Shown here in pieces: positions 58,744-64,000 of a stretch of DNA of 64,000 nucleotides (within the stretch, counting starts at the first letter, position 1; each line of letters begins with the position of its first letter). A model generated the notes under the pieces. That model was given only the letters and a program-made list of their open reading frames with translations. It ran no database searches and was not told the DNA's origin. This DNA comes from Candidatus Falkowbacteria bacterium (GTDB taxonomy: Bacteria > Patescibacteriota > Patescibacteriia > UBA11705 > JACRDX01). Position numbers and translations under genes: made by a program. The stretch covers positions 7,917 through 71,916 of the forward strand of contig JAZDOE010000003.1 in the NCBI GenBank assembly GCA_043798985.1, in the 5' to 3' direction.

Positions 58744-59344
58744 ATATTGTCTCGCGATTTTTTAGCGCGTTTATTAAGGTCACTTCATCAGCATATTCTA
58801 TATCCGCGCCCATTGGCAGGCCTCGCGCGAGTTGAGTGATTTTAACGCCCAAAGGTTGTAGCGCGCGTTTTAAGGCGATTGCCGTTGACTCGCCTTGCAT
58901 GTTTGGATTTAACGCGAGAATTATTTCCTGCGTTTTTTCGGTTTTGACGCGTTCCAGCAATTCTTTAATGCGCAGTTTGTCCGCAGTAATGCCGTCCAGC
59001 GGATTTAATTGTCCGCCAAGCACATGATAAACGCCGTTGTATTTTCCGGTACTTTCAATTACATTCAAATCATGCAACTCTTCAACAACGCACAGCAATT
59101 GTTGATTGCGCGATTTGTCATTACAAATGCGGCAAGTTGTGGCAGTGTTCGTTAAATTAAAACAACGCGGGCAAAAATTTAAATTTTCCTCAAATGCTCG
59201 TAGCGCGGTAATCAAATCTTCCATGCTTTGCTTGCCCTGTTTTACCAAATAAAAAACAAACTTTTCCGAAGTTTTTCTGCCAATGCCCGGAAGTTTGGAA
59301 AACTGCGTAATTAAATTTTCAAGTTGTTGAGAAAAAGGAAGCAT
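58742..59344 (-). CDS. recR: Recombination mediator RecR
   Basis: LPGIG.K, CxxC..CxxC, YHVLGG, LARGLP, YADEVTL. Confidence 0.96.
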   Translation of the reverse strand: MLPFSQQLENLITQFSKLPGIGRKTSEKFVFYLVKQGKQSMEDLITALRAFEENLNFCPRCFNLTNTATTCRICNDKSRNQQLLCVVEELHDLNVIESTGKYNGVYHVLGGQLNPLDGITADKLRIKELLERVKTEKTQEIILALNPNMQGESTAIALKRALQPLGVKITQLARGLPMGADIEYADEVTLINALKNRETI

Positions 59345-59346
59345 CT

Positions 59347-60720
59347 TTATTCTTTATATTGTTTTTCCAGACTTTTGAACGATGCTTTTGGTTCGTCAAA
59401 AAATAATTTTATGAGGCCTGTCGGACCATTGCGATGTTTCGCAATGTGAACCTCTGCGGTGTACCTGTCTTCTGGCGTCAAATCTTCGGGTCGGTAATTT
59501 CTGTCAGCTGATTTGCGGTAAATGAAAAGCACAATGTCAGCGTCTTGCTCAATTGAGCCGGATTCGCGGAGATGCGCTAATTTTGGAATTGCCGGTTTGC
59601 TCATTTCAACTGCGCGAGACAACTGTGAAAGCGCGAGAACAGGAATATCCAACTCGCGCGCGATTTGTTTGAGAGAGCGTGTAATTTCAGCGACTTCTTG
59701 CACGCGATTTTCAGAATAGCCGCTTGATTCCATCAGTTGTAAATAATCAATTACAATTAATCCAAGCCCATGTTCGGCTTTTAAACGTCTGGCTTTGGTT
59801 TTGATTTCCATCACGTTGATTGCCGCTGAATCATCAATAAAAATCGGCGATTCTGCCAAAACGCCCATTGCGCGTCCAATGCGCGGGAAATCGCTATCCT
59901 CTTCTTTGTCTGACAACCGTCCAGTTCGCATTTTCCAAAGATCCACATTTGCTTCAGAACAAAGCAAGCGATCAACAAGCTGTTCTTTGCTCATTTCCAA
60001 ACTGAAAAGTCCGACAGGAATTTTTGTTTTAGTGGCAACGTTTTTTGCGATGTCCAACGCGAGCGAGGTTTTACCAACGGACGGTCGCGCGGCGAGAATT
60101 ATTAAATCTGATTTTTGTAAACCGGCGAGAATATTGTCCAAATCCTTGAAGCCGGTTGGTACGCCGCGCAATTTTGCTCCGCCTTGATGCAATTCGTCAA
60201 TTCTATCAAACGCTTCCGACAAAATATTTTTTATCGGAATAAAAATATTTTTTAATTTGTCTTTTGCCACGTCAAAAAGTTTTCGCTCCGCGCGATCCAG
60301 CAATTTTTCAACATGTTCTTCTTTTTCGTCCAAGGACAATTCGGCAATGTCATTTGCCGCTTCAAACAATCTGCGACGCAATGCTTTTTGATGAAGTATT
60401 TTCGCGTAATTCGCAACGTGAGTAGAGGTCGGAACTATTTGCGAAAGTTGAACAAGGTAGCTGCGGCCGCCGACTTTTTCCAATTGATCTCTTTCGGATA
60501 GTAAATTGGTTAGTGTCAAAAAATCAATGGGCTCGTTTTTGCGGTAAAGCTCAACCATTGCGTCGTAAATTAAGCCATGCGCGGCGCGATAAAAATCCGA
60601 AGCAGTGATAGCGTCCGCGATTTTAATAAAAGCGTTCGGGTCAATCAAAATAGAACCGAGCAAAGATTGCTCCGCTTCAATGTTGTGCGGTAAAATTCTA
60701 AAATTTTGATCCTCTGCCAT
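59347..60720 (-). CDS. dnaB: Replicative DNA helicase
   Basis: AARPSVGKT, IDYLQL, LSQLSR, LRESGSIEQDAD; no intein seen. Confidence 0.97.
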   Translation of the reverse strand: MAEDQNFRILPHNIEAEQSLLGSILIDPNAFIKIADAITASDFYRAAHGLIYDAMVELYRKNEPIDFLTLTNLLSERDQLEKVGGRSYLVQLSQIVPTSTHVANYAKILHQKALRRRLFEAANDIAELSLDEKEEHVEKLLDRAERKLFDVAKDKLKNIFIPIKNILSEAFDRIDELHQGGAKLRGVPTGFKDLDNILAGLQKSDLIILAARPSVGKTSLALDIAKNVATKTKIPVGLFSLEMSKEQLVDRLLCSEANVDLWKMRTGRLSDKEEDSDFPRIGRAMGVLAESPIFIDDSAAINVMEIKTKARRLKAEHGLGLIVIDYLQLMESSGYSENRVQEVAEITRSLKQIARELDIPVLALSQLSRAVEMSKPAIPKLAHLRESGSIEQDADIVLFIYRKSADRNYRPEDLTPEDRYTAEVHIAKHRNGPTGLIKLFFDEPKASFKSLEKQYKE

Positions 60721-60731
60721 ATCGCTTTATG

Positions 60732-61553
60732 TTACTTGTTTTTGCTCGAAAGCGCAAGCCCCGTTGCTGGCGTGGCGAGCAGATTTTTCAACAGCATTGC
60801 GATTGTCATCGGACCAACTCCGCCCGGAACGGGCGACAACCAGCTGGCAATGTTTTCTACGCTTTGCGCGTCAACGTCGCCAATTGTTTTGTCGTCCGGC
60901 GTTTTGTTTATTCCAACGTCAATGATAATAGTACCCGGTTTAATCTTATCCGCTGTAATTGTGTTAATTTTGCCAACGCACACAACAAGCACGTCTGCGG
61001 TTTTTGTTATTTTTTGCCAGTCGGGTAATGTTGGCGCCGCGTATTCAACGGTATTTGTTGGAAATAAAGTTTTTAAAGATTCGTAAATCGCAGGATGATT
61101 GGCAAGGACAACAATCTTCTTGCTGGATAGTTGTTCGCCCGTGCTTTTGATCAGTTCAGCAATGCTTTGCGCGAGCGGTGAAACAACTAGCGGAGTTGAC
61201 GTGAGCGCGTCAATATCTTTTGCCGGCAAAATCGCGTTCAATATTTTTGTTTGGTCAAATCCATTTGGCAATGGCAGTTGAACAAGAATTCCAGTGACAT
61301 CTTTGTCGTCGTTTAAAAAATTAATCGCTTCAATGATTTTGTCCTGCGCTGTGTCGTCTGAAAAAAGATATACGTGGCAATCAATGCCCAGTTTGTCGCA
61401 GGTTTTGTGTTTTAGTTTAACGTAAAGTTTTGACGCTGGGTCATTGCCAATAAGAATAATCGCCAAGCTTGGTTTTTTGTCATTTTGTTCAATCTGGTTT
61501 TTTACGTCGGCTAGAATTTTGTCGGCCAGTTCTTTGCCATTGATTAGATTCAT
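60732..61553 (-). CDS. folD: Methylene-THF dehydrogenase/cyclohydrolase
   Basis: GILVQLPLP, IDVGIN, GDVD, SPVPGGVGPMT. Confidence 0.92.
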   Translation of the reverse strand: MNLINGKELADKILADVKNQIEQNDKKPSLAIILIGNDPASKLYVKLKHKTCDKLGIDCHVYLFSDDTAQDKIIEAINFLNDDKDVTGILVQLPLPNGFDQTKILNAILPAKDIDALTSTPLVVSPLAQSIAELIKSTGEQLSSKKIVVLANHPAIYESLKTLFPTNTVEYAAPTLPDWQKITKTADVLVVCVGKINTITADKIKPGTIIIDVGINKTPDDKTIGDVDAQSVENIASWLSPVPGGVGPMTIAMLLKNLLATPATGLALSSKNK

Positions 61554-61560
61554 AGGAGAG

Positions 61561-61607
61561 TAGCTTGCCCCAAAGGGGCCCCTTCGGGGTAGCAGGGTAG
61601 CTTGTAG
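61561..61607. repeat. TAGCTTG array with 22-nt double-hairpin insert (61568-61589)
   Basis: TAGCTTG[CCCCAAAGGGGCCCCTTCGGGG]TAGCAGGGTAGCTTGTAGG. Confidence 0.85.
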
Positions 61608-61608
61608 G

Positions 61609-62835
61609 TTAGTAAGGAAGTGGAAATTTTTCGGTTAGGTTTTCAACTTGTTTCAATGTTTGATCTTTAACTTGTTTGTCTGTTGGCGACGATAAACAAT
61701 CGCTTATCATTTTGCCGACCAGCGCGAATTCTTCTTCCTTAAATCCGCGGGTTGTCATTGCTGGCGTGCCAAGTCTGATGCCAGACGGGTCAAGCGGCTG
61801 GCGTGGATCATCTGGAATCATGTTTTTGTTGCAAATGATATTGACGTCCTCCAGCGCGGTCTGCGCTTCGTTGCCAGAAATATTTTTACTGCGCAAGTCA
61901 ATTAACAACAAGTGGTTTTCCGTTGTGCCAAAAGCAATGGTAAAGCCGTTTTCTTTCAAAACATTTTCCAATGCTTTGGCGTTTTTCAAAATTTGCTCGG
62001 CGTATTGTTTGAATTCTGGTTGTAGCGCCTCGCCAAACGCGACCGCTTTCGCGGCAATATTATGTTCATGCGGCCCGCCTTGTAGCCCGGGGAAAACGGC
62101 CTTATCTATTTTTTCAGCCAAAACTTTTTTGCATAAGATAAGGCCGCCTCGCGGGCCGCGCAATGTTTTATGAGTTGTTGTTGTCACTACGTCAAAGAGT
62201 GGAACCGGATTTTCCAAAACATTGGCAGCAATAAGTCCGGCGATATGCGCGATGTCAGCCATTGTGTACGCGTTAACTTCATCCGCGATTTGTTTTATTT
62301 TTTTATAATCTATTGAACGAGAGTACGCGGAAAAACCCACGAGAATCAGTCGCGGTTTGTACTTTAATGCCATTTCTCGTAGCTGTGCGTAATCAATTTT
62401 TCCGTTTGGCAACGTTTTATAGCGAATAAAGTTGAAAATTTTCGCGATTTTTGTCACAGGATGTCCGTGCGTCAAATGTCCGCCGTGGCTCAAATCCATT
62501 CCCAAAATTGTTTCGCCGGGTTTAAGCAACGCAAAATAAGCGGCAATGTTTGCTTGCGCGCCGGACAGCGGTTGAACGTTGGCATGCTCTGCGTTAAACA
62601 ATTGTTTCGCGCGATCAATGGCCGTTTGCTCAACAATATCAACGTTCGCTGTGCCGCCATAATAACGTTTTCCCGGATAACCTTCTGCGTATTTGTTTGT
62701 CAAAACACTGCCCAGCGCTTCCAAAACCGCGGGTGAAACATAATTTTCCGACGGGATTAATTCTATCGTGTTTTTTTGACGCGTTAATTCTTTTTGAATC
62801 GCGTCGTAAATTATTGGATCTTGTTTTTTTAACAT
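61609..62835 (-). CDS. glyA: Serine hydroxymethyltransferase
   Basis: LIPSEN, NKYAEGYP, GGHLTHG, TTTHKTLRGPRGG. Confidence 0.97.
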   Translation of the reverse strand: MLKKQDPIIYDAIQKELTRQKNTIELIPSENYVSPAVLEALGSVLTNKYAEGYPGKRYYGGTANVDIVEQTAIDRAKQLFNAEHANVQPLSGAQANIAAYFALLKPGETILGMDLSHGGHLTHGHPVTKIAKIFNFIRYKTLPNGKIDYAQLREMALKYKPRLILVGFSAYSRSIDYKKIKQIADEVNAYTMADIAHIAGLIAANVLENPVPLFDVVTTTTHKTLRGPRGGLILCKKVLAEKIDKAVFPGLQGGPHEHNIAAKAVAFGEALQPEFKQYAEQILKNAKALENVLKENGFTIAFGTTENHLLLIDLRSKNISGNEAQTALEDVNIICNKNMIPDDPRQPLDPSGIRLGTPAMTTRGFKEEEFALVGKMISDCLSSPTDKQVKDQTLKQVENLTEKFPLPY

Positions 62836-62836
62836 A

Positions 62837-63943
62837 TTATGGAGTTAGCGTTATTTCATTGCTATAAATTCCGCAGTTGTCGCCCTGTTTCAAACAAATT
62901 CTGACGTAATAAGTGTTTTTTTCCAATCCTTTCCACGTGTCTGCTTTTGCGCTGCCGGAAACAATGTGACTTGGCGCTGTTGGAAATGTGACATCCGGAT
63001 TTTTGCCAACCAACGTGATAAAAGCGGCCGGATTGTTAATCCCGCTTGTTGTCCATTCTAGTTTTATTGAATCGTTTTCTTGTTTCGCGGTTAATGTGAT
63101 TTTCGCGTCAGGTTCAATCGTTTCTTTTGTGGATGGTTGGTCAACTGGGGTGTCCAATAACTCGCTAAGCATTCCGAGAAAAAAATTGTTTTGTTTGTCC
63201 AAATCTTTGTTCCAAGTAAACCACGTGTCATTTAACAAATCATTTTGCGTAAGCGGTTTTTTCTGAATCATTTTTTCTTTTTCAAGAGAAGGATTAATCG
63301 TGGCTTTTTCTCCTTGGTCAACAGTGTCAATGTTCAAAAGTGAATTGTCAGTCGCGTTATAAATTTTTATTTTTGTTTCGTTCGCAATGGCGGAAATTTC
63401 AACCGTCTGGCCAAGAATTGAAACGTCAAATGCCGTGCCAAGCGCGATTAATTCGGTTTTGCCGTGCAAAACTTTGTAAATAATGGGGGTGTTGTCATTG
63501 ACGCGATGAAAAGCATGACCATAAGTTTGCTCTATCGTGACGTCAGAAAGTGAAAGTTGCTTCAAAAATATTTCAGTGTTTGCGTCCATGCGCACAAAGC
63601 TTTTGTCAGGAAGCTGGATTACAGATTTGGTCGCGCCGTTTGTCCTGACTGTGTCGCCTTGTTTTATTTCGTAATTAAGATTAAGCGGTTCCCAATTTGT
63701 TGCGCCAAAAGTTTTTATTTCAGCTGTTCCTTCCAAAAACACAAGCTGAGCGGTTGGCAGATTTTGCGCGGGTTGAATCGCTTGCCCCGCCGTAGGATTT
63801 GCCAGAGGCAAGGGGATTTTTTTAATTGACCAGTAAACAAAAGCACTGGCGAAAATAATCAAAAAAATTAAAAATTTAAAACCGCGCGTTTTGTAAAACG
63901 GTCGGCGATAATAATTTGAAGTGCGCGAATGACGAGAAATCAT
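62837..63943 (-). CDS. FecR-domain membrane protein with Fn3-like C-terminus
   Basis: TM, GDTVRT, D.S.VRMDANT, GTAF. Confidence 0.75.
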   Translation of the reverse strand: MISRHSRTSNYYRRPFYKTRGFKFLIFLIIFASAFVYWSIKKIPLPLANPTAGQAIQPAQNLPTAQLVFLEGTAEIKTFGATNWEPLNLNYEIKQGDTVRTNGATKSVIQLPDKSFVRMDANTEIFLKQLSLSDVTIEQTYGHAFHRVNDNTPIIYKVLHGKTELIALGTAFDVSILGQTVEISAIANETKIKIYNATDNSLLNIDTVDQGEKATINPSLEKEKMIQKKPLTQNDLLNDTWFTWNKDLDKQNNFFLGMLSELLDTPVDQPSTKETIEPDAKITLTAKQENDSIKLEWTTSGINNPAAFITLVGKNPDVTFPTAPSHIVSGSAKADTWKGLEKNTYYVRICLKQGDNCGIYSNEITLTP

Positions 63944-63999
63944 ATTTGTTTTACCATGTATGTTCCTTTGATGCGGTAGCCGAGCTTTTTGTAATATTC
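63940..63999 (-). CDS. elp3: C-terminus of Elp3-like radical SAM/acetyltransferase (partial)
   Basis: EYYKKLGYRIKGTYMVKQI* matches the Elp3 C-terminal motif. Confidence 0.7.
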   Translation of the reverse strand, partial: EYYKKLGYRIKGTYMVKQI

Positions 64000-64000
64000 C

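Noticed and set aside
63781-63796. CTTGCCCCGCCGTAGG as another in-frame insert in the FecR gene
   Set aside because: Only half a palindrome in a Pro/Ala-rich linker; cannot be distinguished from chance

Overview
Chromosomal window of a Patescibacteria (CPR; Parcubacteria-like) bacterium, standard code 11. The lineage call is inferred from the VirB4/pilin gene types, SD-less gene starts and gene content. The backbone is housekeeping: murG, ftsEX, recG, radA, htpX/lemA, phosphomannomutase, rseP, type IV pilin cluster, ligA, trpS, gatCA, queH, pcrA/uvrD, Clp ATPase, rplU, recR, dnaB, folD, glyA, partial elp3, and 4 tRNAs. No rRNA, CRISPR, prophage or transposase was seen. Five layers of structure stand out. 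(1) GC-rich 18-42 nt hairpins are inserted precisely and without target duplication, in frame inside essential genes and inside other repeats; filled and empty sites are both visible. (2) Heptamer-periodic inverted-repeat elements sit at gene junctions, either empty or enclosing a four-helix-bundle gene. (3) A tandem array of VirB2/TrbC-like pilin domains is fused to different peptidoglycan hydrolases, with a radA-stub/amidase scar between them. (4) A Trp-centred island carries TrpRS, a PLP decarboxylase, an aminotransferase, EamA, a Trp-Trp leader peptide with attenuator, a GNAT and an atypical tRNA-Trp. (5) GC-rich single-gene cassettes share a sigma70 promoter, boxA-like leader, strong SD and common terminator families. 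All protein calls are by motif recognition only; no database searches were run.
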